Assembly (NCBI GenBank): GCA_937896885.1
Contig: CALBNX010000014.1
Coordinates: 5,061-69,060 of the forward strand
DNA length: 64,000 nt
Source of the DNA: an uncultured Clostridia bacterium
GTDB taxonomy: Bacteria; Bacillota; Clostridia; Oscillospirales; Acutalibacteraceae
Direction of reading: 5' to 3'
Position numbers and translations under genes: made by a program. Under the pieces are notes generated by a model. The model was given only the letters and a program-made list of their open reading frames with translations. It searched no databases and had not been told where the DNA came from. Shown here one piece after another: positions 55,091 to 64,000 of the stretch; position 1 is the first letter of the stretch; every line of letters begins with the position of its first letter.

Positions 55091-55125
55091 GAGAGTACAC
55101 TTTTGTGTACTCTCTTTTATTTTTA
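55091..55125 (+). terminator. Rho-independent terminator after the tRNA fragment
   Basis: Stem GAGAGTACAC / GTGTACTCTC, loop TTTT, then TTTTATTTTT. Confidence 0.8.
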
Positions 55126-55286
55126 TGTAATATGGACGGGAATCGACCGTCTGCTACGGCTTCGCCTTGCATACTGCACGCTCGACATAACTGTCTCACG
55201 CCTTTTGGCTAAAAACAATTCCCCGAATTGTTTTCTTGACGCAAAAGCCCTCTCGGGTTCGATTCCCTATATTTGAATTCAGGCAA

Positions 55287-55322
55287 AAAGAAAACAGCCA
55301 CACTTTGTGTAGCTGTTTCTTT
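55287..55322. terminator. Bidirectional terminator, ending the minus-strand tRNA operon
   Basis: Stem AGAAAACAGCCACAC / GTGTAGCTGTTTCT, flanked by CAAAAAG and TTTTT. Confidence 0.7.
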
Positions 55323-55323
55323 T

Positions 55324-55398
55324 TGGTGACCCGGACGGGAATCGAACCCGTGTTACCGCCGTGAAAGGGCGGTGTCTTAACCGCTTGACCACCGGGCC
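55324..55398 (-). tRNA. tRNA-Glu (anticodon UUC)
   Basis: The reverse complement GGCCCGGTGGTCAAGCGGTTAAGACACCGCCCTTTCACGGCGGTAACACGGGTTCGATTCCCGTCCGGGTCACCA folds as a cloverleaf. Anticodon loop CTTTCAC, encoded CCA. Confidence 0.95.
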
Positions 55399-55424
55399 AT
55401 TTTTAAGGGACTTGTTCAGTCCCT

Positions 55425-55501
55425 TGGTAGCGGCAACGGGACTTGAACCTGTGACCTTCCGGGTATGAACCGGACGCTCTAGCCAACTAAGCTATGCCGC
55501 C
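55425..55501 (-). tRNA. tRNA-Met (anticodon CAU, elongator-like)
   Basis: The reverse complement is GGCGGCATAGCTTAGTTGGCTAGAGCGTCCGGTTCATACCCGGAAGGTCACAGGTTCAAGTCCCGTTGCCGCTACCA. Anticodon stem TCCGG/CCGGA, loop TTCATAC. A lysidine-modified Ile2 identity cannot be excluded from sequence alone. Confidence 0.85.
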
Positions 55502-55735
55502 ATAGTTGCCGTCGTGTTGACGGCTTGATTATTATAATATAAGACTTTTGTTTTGTCAACATATTTTTACAAATATTTTTTACTTTTTTTCAAAAATTAT
55601 TATTGGATTGAAATTATTCTGAAATTCTCTTGATTTTATGTGTTTATTGTTTTTTGTAGTCAGTTTTTCCCTTTACAAAGTGTATTTTCTGTGCTAAAAT
55701 TTTCTTGTTAAAAATCAATTCACGGGGTGAAAAAT

Positions 55736-56932
55736 ATGAACCTTAAAGAACAAAGACAATGGGTGCTTGATGAACTTAATAGCGTTGCTGATTTCTGGCT
55801 TCAGAATGGTATGGACAAAGTTCACGGTGGCGTTTACACTTGTCTTGATAAAGACGGCAAAGTTTTCTCAACTGACAAAAGTGTCTGGATGCAAGGCCGT
55901 TGCGGTTGGACATTTGCTTATCTCTGCCATATTTATGGTGTGAAAGAAGAATGGCTCAAAGCATCAAAAAGTTGCATTGACTTTCTTGAAGATTATTGCG
56001 TAAACAAAAATGCTCAAGGCAGACTTTATTTCACAGTTACAGAAGATGGCAAGCCACTTCGTCAAAGAAGATATTGCTATTCAGAAGCATTTTATTGCAT
56101 TGCAAATGCTGAATACTATGGTATTACAGGTGAAAAAGAACATTTAGAGAGAGCAAGACGTGCTTATGATATCTATTGGAATCTTAACCACGGTATGCCT
56201 GACCCAACAGGTTTAGGTCCAAAGACTGACCCAGAAACCCGAACAGGCAGAGCACTTGGTATTCCGATGATTATTCTCAATGTTACTTCTGTTATGCTTC
56301 GTGTTGACCCTGAAAATGCGGACCTTTATAACAGCCGTGCAAACGAATGTGTTGAACATATTTTAAAATATCACGTTAAAAAGGATTTAGGTTGCACGCT
56401 TGAAACAGTTGCTCTTGATGGTACACCAAGACTTGATATTACAGAAGGACGAGTTGTAAACCCTGGTCACGATATTGAGTGTAGCTGGTTCTTGATGGAA
56501 AGAGCAAATCAGACTGGTGATAAAGAGCTTCACGCAAAAGCTATTGAAATCTTTGATATGGCATTCCAAAAAGGCTGGGACAAGGAATTTGGTGGTATCC
56601 TCTATTTCTTTGACTGTCTTGGCAATCCGCCTGAAGCATATGAGCACGATATGAAACTCTGGTGGCCACACAACGAGGCACTTATTGCATCTTTGATGAT
56701 TTACAGAGATACAAAGAATGAAAAATATCTCGATATTTTCAATCAGTTGTTCGAATATACAAAGGACAAGTTTGCAGTAGCACCTTGTGGTGAATGGTAT
56801 GGTTATCTTCGTCGTGATGGTAATCCTACACTTCCTGCTTGTATTGGTTCAACATTCAAAGGACCATTCCACGTGCCAAGATGTCTTATTATGCTTGACC
56901 AAATGATGAAAGAAATTGAAGAAAGAGGTTAA
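55736..56932 (+). CDS. AGE-family epimerase (N-acylglucosamine 2-epimerase-like)
   Basis: RBS GGGGTGA then ATG at 55736. Alpha/alpha-barrel family motifs WMQGRCGWTF, NPGHDIECSWFL, LWWPHNEAL and GEWYGYLRRDG. Adjacent to a NanA-like lyase. Confidence 0.65.
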   Translation: MNLKEQRQWVLDELNSVADFWLQNGMDKVHGGVYTCLDKDGKVFSTDKSVWMQGRCGWTFAYLCHIYGVKEEWLKASKSCIDFLEDYCVNKNAQGRLYFTVTEDGKPLRQRRYCYSEAFYCIANAEYYGITGEKEHLERARRAYDIYWNLNHGMPDPTGLGPKTDPETRTGRALGIPMIILNVTSVMLRVDPENADLYNSRANECVEHILKYHVKKDLGCTLETVALDGTPRLDITEGRVVNPGHDIECSWFLMERANQTGDKELHAKAIEIFDMAFQKGWDKEFGGILYFFDCLGNPPEAYEHDMKLWWPHNEALIASLMIYRDTKNEKYLDIFNQLFEYTKDKFAVAPCGEWYGYLRRDGNPTLPACIGSTFKGPFHVPRCLIMLDQMMKEIEERG

Positions 56933-56937
56933 TTAAA

Positions 56938-57864
56938 ATGAGTCTTGAAAAATATAAGGGTGTTATCCCCGCATTCTATGCTTGTTATGATGAAAACGGT
57001 GATGTTTCAGTTGATGGCACAAAGGCATTAGTTGAATTCCTTATTTCAAAAGGTGTTGACGGTCTTTATGTTGGTGGTTCATCAGGTGAATGCATCTATT
57101 TAAGTGTTGAAGACAGAAAAAAGACACTTGAAGCAGTTATGGAAGCCAACAAAGGCAGAATCACAATTATTGCTCATGTTGCTTGTAACAATACAAAAGA
57201 CAGCTGTGAGCTTGCTCGTCACGCTGAAGCACTTGGTGTTGATGCCATCGCAACAATCCCACCAATTTATTTCAGACTTCCCGAAAAGGCTATTGCAAAA
57301 TACTGGAATGACATTTCAGCAGCAGCACCAAACACAGATTATGTTATTTATAACATTCCACAGCTTGCAGGTGTTGCACTTACAATGCCATTGTTCGACG
57401 AGATGCTTAAAAATCCTAGAGTAATTGGTGTTAAGAACTCATCAATGCCAATTCAGGACATTCAGATGTTCCGTCGTCAAGCAGCACTCAACAACCGTGA
57501 AGTTGTTATTTTCAATGGTCCTGACGAACAGTTTATCGGTGGCCGTATGATTGGTGCTGAAGGTGGCATTGGTGGTACATATGGTGTTATGCCTGAGCTT
57601 TTCGTTACACTTAACAATATGATTAAAGCCAGCGATGTTAAGGAAGCATATAAATTGCAGGACGACATCAACGAAGTAATTTACACAATGTGCTCAACAA
57701 AAGGTAATATGTATGCAACTGCAAAGGCTGCTCTTAAAAAGAGAGCAGGACTTGAGCTTGGTGGTGTAAGAGAGCCACTCTTAAACCTTCAAGATGGCGA
57801 CGAAGTAATCGTTGACAAGGTTGTTGAATTAGTTGAAACAGCAGTTGCTAAATGGGTTAAATAA
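56938..57864 (+). CDS. nanA: N-acetylneuraminate lyase-like DapA-family aldolase
   Basis: DGLYVGGSSGE, PPIYF, YNIP and IGVKNSS (candidate Schiff-base Lys). Paired with the AGE epimerase. Confidence 0.65.
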   Translation: MSLEKYKGVIPAFYACYDENGDVSVDGTKALVEFLISKGVDGLYVGGSSGECIYLSVEDRKKTLEAVMEANKGRITIIAHVACNNTKDSCELARHAEALGVDAIATIPPIYFRLPEKAIAKYWNDISAAAPNTDYVIYNIPQLAGVALTMPLFDEMLKNPRVIGVKNSSMPIQDIQMFRRQAALNNREVVIFNGPDEQFIGGRMIGAEGGIGGTYGVMPELFVTLNNMIKASDVKEAYKLQDDINEVIYTMCSTKGNMYATAKAALKKRAGLELGGVREPLLNLQDGDEVIVDKVVELVETAVAKWVK

Positions 57865-57915
57865 AATATAAACAAAAATTAAGTGGTGTTCAATTGAGCA
57901 CCACTTTTTATTATA

Positions 57916-58776
57916 TTAATTCTTTTCTAACCAATCAAAAACAAAATCTATTACTTTTTCATAATCGACCTTTAACACTCCACCAAGCCCTTGGTCTCCA
58001 ATGCAAAGACTAACTAAATCATTACCAGACATGGCGACTATTCTGATATATGAGCCATCATTTTTTAAGGCATAATATCCAATTATGTTTTCTTCATTTA
58101 TTTCTTTCAGTGTTGAAAATCCATCTTCAACATAGCGAGATTTTTCAAGTTGGTAAACTTCTTCGTCATATATTTTTTTAACAGCCCATCTTGGGCAATC
58201 CTTCATCCATGTATAAAAAGCAATGCCCCGACTCTTACCAATAATTTCGCCATCTGTTGTAGCTGTGTTTTCATTAAAATCATATAACGGACCACTTGTA
58301 ACTGTTACGGCAGGTAATGTGCTTGCAAAATATGTATTATTTAAAGCCACAGATGCCGTATTAACATCAAGATTAGTATAATTTTCAATTTTAAAATCTT
58401 TGAAATCATCTTCTAAAACATTAGCTGTTAAAAGCATAGAAATCGACGACCACGAAGACAATAAAACACAAACTACAACTGCGATTATAGCCGTTAAGCG
58501 ATAAATTTTCTTATGATTTTTTGGTAAGTTTGATGCAACATCAGAATATTTTGTAAATTCAATTTCAGAATCGTATGTACCATGAATATAAACTATTGTA
58601 CGGATTATTTTAGAAAGTCCTATTATAGTAAATATAGGTATTTCCAAAGTTGCCGCTGACACAATACCACTCGCTGAACCAGAAAAGTCAAGCCAATATG
58701 AAGCTATTACTATTAGCAATACAAATGTTATTACTTGATAAATAAGTTTTCTTATAATTGCCTTATCGTTTGTCAT
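57916..58776 (-). CDS. Hypothetical membrane protein
   Basis: Start at MTNDKAIIRK with RBS GGGGAAGGG. Three TM helices followed by an extracytoplasmic domain. Confidence 0.5.
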   Translation of the reverse strand: MTNDKAIIRKLIYQVITFVLLIVIASYWLDFSGSASGIVSAATLEIPIFTIIGLSKIIRTIVYIHGTYDSEIEFTKYSDVASNLPKNHKKIYRLTAIIAVVVCVLLSSWSSISMLLTANVLEDDFKDFKIENYTNLDVNTASVALNNTYFASTLPAVTVTSGPLYDFNENTATTDGEIIGKSRGIAFYTWMKDCPRWAVKKIYDEEVYQLEKSRYVEDGFSTLKEINEENIIGYYALKNDGSYIRIVAMSGNDLVSLCIGDQGLGGVLKVDYEKVIDFVFDWLEKN

Positions 58777-58867
58777 ATACCCTTCCCCAAATAATCTATA
58801 TAATTCTTTACAAATTAAAATCAAACTCTTACAAATCAAATATAACACTAACTTTATAAAAAGTCAA

Positions 58868-58894
58868 ACAAAAAGGGCGATTCGTGAATCGCCC
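58868..58894 (-). terminator. Terminator downstream of the arg operon
   Basis: Stem GGGCGATTC / GAATCGCCC with a T-run on the minus strand (A-run 58868-58874 on the plus strand). Confidence 0.65.
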
Positions 58895-59040
58895 CTACAT
58901 TTTTAGTTAAATATCATACTTTTATAGAACACATTATTTTTGAGCAGATTTTTCGTAAGACAATGTGTCCAAGGCGAAGCTGTATAAAAATACCGCGAGC
59001 CGATAGACACGCGGTATTGCGGAAAATATGCCAAAAAGAA

Positions 59041-59952
59041 TTATTTTTTCTCCATAAGTGCAACCATAACTGCTTTTTGTGCGTGGAGTCTGTTTTCTGC
59101 TTCGTCGAAGATTTCGTCTGCATGTTCTTCAAACACTTTTTCTGTGATTTCTTCGCCACGGTGTGCAGGAAGACAATGTTGCACCATACAGCCTGGGTTT
59201 GCTGCTTCTAACAACTTATCATTGATTTGATAGATGCCTTGGAAAATCTGTCTTCTTTCATAAGCTTCTTGCTCTTGACCCATTGATGCCCAAACATCTG
59301 TGAAGATTACATCTGCACCAGCACAAGCTTCAACAGGGTCACGATAAAGACCGAAACCTTTATAATCCTTTGCAAAGTCAAGAACTCTTTGGTCAGGGTC
59401 ATAGTTTTCAGGGCAAGCAACTGTTACATCCATACCCATTTTAAGACCACCGACGATAAGTGAATTTGCCATATTGTTACCGTCACCGATATATGTCATT
59501 TTAAGTCCGTCAAGGTGACCTTTATGCTCACGGACTGTCATAAGGTCAGCAAGCACCTGACAAGGATGGCAGAAGTCAGTAAGACCGTTGATAATTGGAA
59601 TAGAACCATATTTTGCAAGGTTTTCAACTTCACTCTGCTCAAAAGTTCTAATCATAATACCGTCAAGGTAACGAGAAAGCACACGAGCTGTATCCTGAAT
59701 TGGCTCACCACGACCAATCTGCAAGTCACGGTTTGAAAGGAAGAGCGCCTGACCACCAAGCTGATACATACCTGTTTCAAAAGAAACACGAGTACGAGTT
59801 GATGATTTCTGGAAAATCATACCAAGTGTCTGACCTTCAAGTCTATGGTGTTTGATTCCGTTTTTATTTTCATATTTCAACTGGTCTGCAAGATTTAAAA
59901 TTTCTGTAATCTCTTCAGTTGAAAGTGAGAGCATACTTAAAAGATGTTTCAT
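59041..59952 (-). CDS. argF: Ornithine carbamoyltransferase
   Basis: STRTRVSFE (carbamoyl-phosphate site), FCHPCQ, HCLPAHRGEE. Confidence 0.92.
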   Translation of the reverse strand: MKHLLSMLSLSTEEITEILNLADQLKYENKNGIKHHRLEGQTLGMIFQKSSTRTRVSFETGMYQLGGQALFLSNRDLQIGRGEPIQDTARVLSRYLDGIMIRTFEQSEVENLAKYGSIPIINGLTDFCHPCQVLADLMTVREHKGHLDGLKMTYIGDGNNMANSLIVGGLKMGMDVTVACPENYDPDQRVLDFAKDYKGFGLYRDPVEACAGADVIFTDVWASMGQEQEAYERRQIFQGIYQINDKLLEAANPGCMVQHCLPAHRGEEITEKVFEEHADEIFDEAENRLHAQKAVMVALMEKK

Positions 59953-59955
59953 AGT

Positions 59956-61128
59956 TTATACCTCTGCAATAATATTTTTCAATATGTTGATACCTTTGTC
60001 GATTTCTTCTTTTGAAATTACCAAAGGCGGTAACATTCGAAGCTTAGTTTTAGCGGTGAGAATTAAAAGTCCGTTCTCACTGCATTTTTTTGCGACTTCA
60101 CCGGCATTTTTAGTCTTTAATTCAATACCGAGCATAAGACCTAAACCGCTGACAGATTTTATTTCTTCAATAGCGCCAAGTTTTTCTCTTATATACTCCC
60201 CTTTTTCTGCGACTTCATTTAAGAAATTATCTGTGAGAGTATTGAGAATATATTTAGCACCTGCACAAGCAACTGGGTTGCCACCAAATGTTGTTCCGTG
60301 AGTGCCTGCTGTCAACACATTTGCACATTTTTCTGTGCAAAGACAAGCGCCCATAGGAAGACCATTACCGATACCCTTTGCACTTGTAACAACATCAGGT
60401 AAAATGCCAGCGTGTTCATATGCGAAAAGTTTACCCGTTCGTCCCATACCTGTCTGAACTTCGTCGATTATGAGAAGAATATCCTTTTCCTTACATACCT
60501 TTTCAACAGTTTTAAGGTACTCGAAATCAGTTGGCACAACGCCACCCTCACCTTGAACAATTTCAAGGATGATTGCACAAACGGTATCGTCCGCCATTTC
60601 TAAAAACTGCTCAGTGTTGCCTGACTCTGCATATTTAAAGCCCCCAACGAATGGGTCAAAGAACTTATGATAATGCTCTTGACCTGTTGCAGTAATGGTA
60701 GCCATTGTTCTGCCGTGGAATGAGTTTACAAGAGTGATTATATTGTGACGGTTTTCACCGTATTTATCAAAACTATATTTACGAGCCAATTTAATTGCAC
60801 ATTCATTTGCTTCAGCACCTGAATTACAAAGGAAAACACGTTCAAAGCCTGTTCTTTTTGTAAGCATTTCTGCGTATTCAGCAACAGTAGAATTATAATA
60901 AAGGTTTGATGTATGCTGAACTTTTTTAAGTTGCTCAGTTACTGCATCAATCCAACCTTCGTTGTTATAGCCAAGAGAATTAACACCAATTCCTGAACCG
61001 AAGTCGATTACTTCATTACCTTCGCTGTCAATGAATGTTGCACCATTGCCCTTTTCGATTGAAACAGGAAAATGTGCATAAGTTGGCATTAAAGAATTGT
61101 CTGCCTGATTTTTAATATTTTCTAACAT
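59956..61128 (-). CDS. argD: Acetylornithine aminotransferase
   Basis: Class III aminotransferase motifs NSGAEANE, IIDEVQTGMGRTGK and TSAKGIGNG (PLP Lys). Lies within the arg cluster. Confidence 0.9.
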   Translation of the reverse strand: MLENIKNQADNSLMPTYAHFPVSIEKGNGATFIDSEGNEVIDFGSGIGVNSLGYNNEGWIDAVTEQLKKVQHTSNLYYNSTVAEYAEMLTKRTGFERVFLCNSGAEANECAIKLARKYSFDKYGENRHNIITLVNSFHGRTMATITATGQEHYHKFFDPFVGGFKYAESGNTEQFLEMADDTVCAIILEIVQGEGGVVPTDFEYLKTVEKVCKEKDILLIIDEVQTGMGRTGKLFAYEHAGILPDVVTSAKGIGNGLPMGACLCTEKCANVLTAGTHGTTFGGNPVACAGAKYILNTLTDNFLNEVAEKGEYIREKLGAIEEIKSVSGLGLMLGIELKTKNAGEVAKKCSENGLLILTAKTKLRMLPPLVISKEEIDKGINILKNIIAEV

Positions 61129-61143
61129 TATGTATCACCTGAA

Positions 61144-62016
61144 TTAAAGGAACATTGTGCCTATACCACTATCTGTCAACATTTCTATCAAAATAGAATG
61201 TGGAATTCTGCCGTCAATAATATGTGTACGCTTAACGCCACGACGAACAGCCTCAACACAGCAATCAATTTTTGGAATCATTCCACCCTTGATAATGCCT
61301 TGACTTTTAAGCTGTGGCACTTCGCTGACATTAACACTATGAATAAGTGTATCTTCGTCGTCCTTATCCCTTAAAAGCCCACGGACATCTGTCATTAAAA
61401 GAAGTTTTTCAGCACCCAATGCTGCTGCGATTTTTGCCGCTGCAATATCTGCATTGATATTGAAAACTTCACCGTTTTCGCCACCACCAACAGTTGAGAT
61501 TACAGGAATATAGTGCTGTTCGAGAATACCATCAACCAAAGTTGTATCAATATCGATAATATCACCAACAAAGCCGATGTCTTTTTCAACTTTTTTAGCC
61601 TTAATCATTCCGTCATCAAGACCGCAGATACCGATTGCGTGACCACCGTGATGATGAAGAAGATGAACAAGACGCTTGTTGACTTTACCAGCAAGAACCA
61701 TCTGCACAATATCGATAGTTTCTTCGTCAGTATAGCGAAGTCCGTCAACGAATTTTGACTCCTTACCTATTTTATTGAGCATATCGTTGATTTCAGGTCC
61801 ACCACCGTGAACGAGAATAACATTGATGCCAACTGAACGAAGAAGAACAATATCAGTCATAACTGCTTCTTGCAAATCTTCATTTATCATTGCGTTGCCA
61901 CCATATTTGATAACAACTGTTTTTCCGTGATACTGCTGAATGTAAGGGAGCGCCTGAACAAGCACTTCACTACGGTCAGCATGTGTAAGTTTTGAAATGT
62001 CCATTGTATTCACCAT
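61144..62016 (-). CDS. argB: Acetylglutamate kinase
   Basis: VVIKYGGNAM, LVHGGGPEI, NINADIAA. Confidence 0.92.
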   Translation of the reverse strand: MVNTMDISKLTHADRSEVLVQALPYIQQYHGKTVVIKYGGNAMINEDLQEAVMTDIVLLRSVGINVILVHGGGPEINDMLNKIGKESKFVDGLRYTDEETIDIVQMVLAGKVNKRLVHLLHHHGGHAIGICGLDDGMIKAKKVEKDIGFVGDIIDIDTTLVDGILEQHYIPVISTVGGGENGEVFNINADIAAAKIAAALGAEKLLLMTDVRGLLRDKDDEDTLIHSVNVSEVPQLKSQGIIKGGMIPKIDCCVEAVRRGVKRTHIIDGRIPHSILIEMLTDSGIGTMFL

Positions 62017-62106
62017 ATTAGAATTTATTTAGAAAGGGAAATCCCCTATATTTTACACAAATTTCAAGAGTGCGCACAGTTTGTAGGGGCTCGTCCCCTA
62101 CATTTT

Positions 62107-63321
62107 TTATGTTCTATAATCTCCATTGATTTTTACATATTCATATGTAAGGTCGCAGCCGTAAGCTGTTGCGTTGTATTCACCATCGTTAAGAGAAACA
62201 ATTATATATACTTCGTCTTCTATAAGAACTGTTTTTGCGATTTCTTCTGAAAATTCTATGCCTGCGCCGTTTTTACAAACTGCGATTTCTCCGCCTGAAG
62301 ATTTAAATGAAACATCAACCTTGTTAACATCAATATCTGCACCTGCATAACCAAGTGCACAAAGGATACGTCCCCAGTTTGCATCTGCACCAAACATTGC
62401 AGCTTTTACAAGTGATGAGCAGATAACACTCTTTGCACAAATCTTTGCGATTTCCTTAGTCTTTGCACCACTCACCTGACATTCAACAAGTTTGGTTGCA
62501 CCCTCACCGTCTTTTGCCATAAGTTTTACAAGCTTTTCGCAAATAGCATTAAGTGCTGAAACGAATGTAAAGTAATCATCATTTTCACTTTCAATTCTTG
62601 CATTTCCGCAAAGTCCTGATGCCAAAACTGCAACAGTATCGTTTGTTGATGTATCACCATCAACTGAAAGCATATTAAAACTATCTTTAACAACTTCTAA
62701 AAGTGCTTTTTTGAGCATTTCACTTGAAATGTTTGCATCGGTTGTGATAAATCCAAGCATTGTAGCCATATTCGGATGAATCATACCGCTACCCTTTGAG
62801 ATAGCACCGATTTTACATTCTTTACCTTGGAGTGTAAATGAAACTGCAAATTCTTTTTTTACAGTATCGGTTGTCATAATCGCCTGTGCGGCATTGTCAG
62901 AACCGTCTTCACTTAATTCTGCAACAAGCTGTGCCATACCCTTTTCGATTGGTTCAATATCAATTGGTTGACCAATAACACCAGTAGATGCAACAACAAA
63001 GTCGGTTGATTTAAGTCCTGTTGCTTTAGCTACGATTTCGCACATCATTTCTGCTTTTTCTATACCGTCAGCATTGCAAGTATTTGCAATACCACTGTTA
63101 CAGATTACACCATAAGCCTTACCATCTGCAATATTGTTTCTTGTAACTGTAATCGGTGCACCGTAAACGAGATTCTGTGTATAAACTGCTGCTGCATCAC
63201 ATTCAATTTCACAGAGAATAAGTGCTAAATCTTTTTTTGTTTTGTTCTTACGGATTCCGCAGTGAATACCACTTGCTTTGAATCCTTTTGGTGCAGTAAC
63301 ACCACCATTTATAAATTGCAT
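62107..63321 (-). CDS. argJ: Bifunctional ornithine acetyltransferase / N-acetylglutamate synthase
   Basis: Start at MQFINGGVTAPKGFKASG with RBS GGTGAAAA. Autoprocessing site region HPNMATMLGFITTDA. Confidence 0.92.
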   Translation of the reverse strand: MQFINGGVTAPKGFKASGIHCGIRKNKTKKDLALILCEIECDAAAVYTQNLVYGAPITVTRNNIADGKAYGVICNSGIANTCNADGIEKAEMMCEIVAKATGLKSTDFVVASTGVIGQPIDIEPIEKGMAQLVAELSEDGSDNAAQAIMTTDTVKKEFAVSFTLQGKECKIGAISKGSGMIHPNMATMLGFITTDANISSEMLKKALLEVVKDSFNMLSVDGDTSTNDTVAVLASGLCGNARIESENDDYFTFVSALNAICEKLVKLMAKDGEGATKLVECQVSGAKTKEIAKICAKSVICSSLVKAAMFGADANWGRILCALGYAGADIDVNKVDVSFKSSGGEIAVCKNGAGIEFSEEIAKTVLIEDEVYIIVSLNDGEYNATAYGCDLTYEYVKINGDYRT

Positions 63322-63332
63322 AATTTTCACCA

Positions 63333-64000
63333 TTATATGTTTAATTGAAATTTTGGGTCTAACCCCATTTTTATGTTCAAGCATTGAACTGCGGCACCGC
63401 TGGCACCTTTACCGAGATTATCATATCTTGCGATTAAAAGAATTCTGTCATCATTACCGCAGACTGTAATTTCCATACCGTCGTTTTCGCTCATTTTGTT
63501 ACCTGCGATAAAGCCGTTTTCGTCAATACTTTCTTTGTACATTACAATATCTGAATTGTATTTTTCTTTGTAAAGAGCCTTGATATCCTCTACAGTTTTG
63601 CCGTTCTTCAAATCCTTTTTGAAAAGTGGAACTGTCATAACCATACCGCTGAAATAGTCGCAGATATATGGGCTGAAAATCGGCTCGTTATTAAGACCTG
63701 AAATGGCTTTCATCTCTTTTAAGTGCTTATGCTGTTGAGTGAGAGCGTATTCTCTTGGTGCATCCAAAAGCCAATCTCTTTCTGCATCCTCATACTGTGC
63801 GATACCATTTTTACCTGCACCGCTGTAGCCTGACATAGCGTGACAAGCAATACAAATATCACTATCAACAAATCCAGCATCCACCAAAGGCTTTACAAGT
63901 GCAATAAATCCACTTGCATAGCAACCTGGTACTGCAATTCGCTTTGATTTTTTAAGTTTATTCTCAAAGTCTTCGCTGAGTTCTGGAAAACCATATGCCC
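63333..64000 (-). CDS. argC: N-acetyl-gamma-glutamyl-phosphate reductase (5' end outside the window)
   Basis: The frame stays open to nt 64000 (..KRIAVPGCYASGFIALVKPLVDAGF..). Contains the catalytic Cys motif PGCY and YDNLGKGASGAAVQ. Confidence 0.9.
   Translation of the reverse strand, partial: AYGFPELSEDFENKLKKSKRIAVPGCYASGFIALVKPLVDAGFVDSDICIACHAMSGYSGAGKNGIAQYEDAERDWLLDAPREYALTQQHKHLKEMKAISGLNNEPIFSPYICDYFSGMVMTVPLFKKDLKNGKTVEDIKALYKEKYNSDIVMYKESIDENGFIAGNKMSENDGMEITVCGNDDRILLIARYDNLGKGASGAAVQCLNIKMGLDPKFQLNI

Noticed and set aside
55008-55276. Track ORFs 55008..55199 (minus strand) and 55079..55276 (plus strand).
   Set aside because: They are translations through the tRNA fragment, its terminator and other tRNA-like scraps. 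There is no RBS and no coding-like composition.
58914-59211. Two overlapping ~81 aa ORFs between the membrane-protein gene and argF.
   Set aside because: They are mutually antisense and overlap the 3' end of argF and the arg-operon terminator region. They have no RBS.
1-64000. CRISPR arrays, rRNA genes, IS transposases and group II introns.
   Set aside because: No regularly spaced short repeats were seen, and no transposase-like, reverse-transcriptase-like or rRNA-like sequences. The repeats present are terminators, the 9-7-9 sites, the sRNA duplication and the 56 bp direct repeats.

Overview
This window reads as a low-GC Firmicutes (Clostridia) chromosome segment. A C-terminal dockerin on one giant protein hints at a Ruminococcus-like cellulosome or amylosome producer. 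All calls come from reading the sequence and ORF translations; no searches were run.

Layout:
- nt 1-~55,000 is visibly AT-rich accessory DNA. From ~55,300 onward the sequence is GC-richer core genome: tRNA-Glu, tRNA-Met, a sialic-acid utilisation pair, and an argCJBDF cluster.
- (a) 1-1446: end of an RHS polymorphic toxin plus a membrane immunity candidate.
- (b) 2.6-9.4 kb: surface and membrane genes, a SAM methyltransferase and a XerC/D-like tyrosine recombinase. Four copies of a 9-7-9 recombinase-type site are interspersed. Two of them are inverted copies with an identical spacer and bracket a 1.7 kb two-gene segment, a candidate inverton or shufflon.
- (c) 9.5-11.2 kb: a stand-alone HNH-fusion gene.
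- (d) 11.6-16.9 kb: a ~1750 aa dockerin-bearing peptidoglycan-binding giant protein.
- (e) ~17.9-45.0 kb: a minus-strand conjugation (ICE/T4SS) module. It carries a coupling protein, Toprim primase-like protein, relaxase, candidate oriT, VirB4, VirB3-like, VirB6-like, VirB2-like, a C40 hydrolase, a Cna-B adhesin and an orphan Dam methylase. No integrase lies inside it, and the VirB6-like gene has an in-frame TGA.
- (f) 45.2-54.6 kb: a defence island wedged between the ICE and a half tRNA-Arg att scar.

The defence island holds three candidates:
- A three-gene operon: a giant GHKL/histidine-kinase-like protein, a stand-alone receiver, and a receiver fused to a PNP/MTA-nucleosidase-like domain. 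This matches the Detocs (defensive two-component system) architecture and is the headline system.
- A radical-SAM plus membrane-anchored PRTase pair.
- A DUF4062/TIR-like single gene flanked by 56 bp direct repeats.

Two further signals are not explained by the coding features:
- An ECF-sigma-type promoter motif, TGTCAC-N17-CGAT(T)TAT, occurs eight times with exact spacing. It lies in front of cargo and defence genes and never in the core region.
- A duplicated ~170-180 nt promoter-to-terminator unit with a CU-rich (UCCC) tract looks like a two-copy regulatory sRNA.
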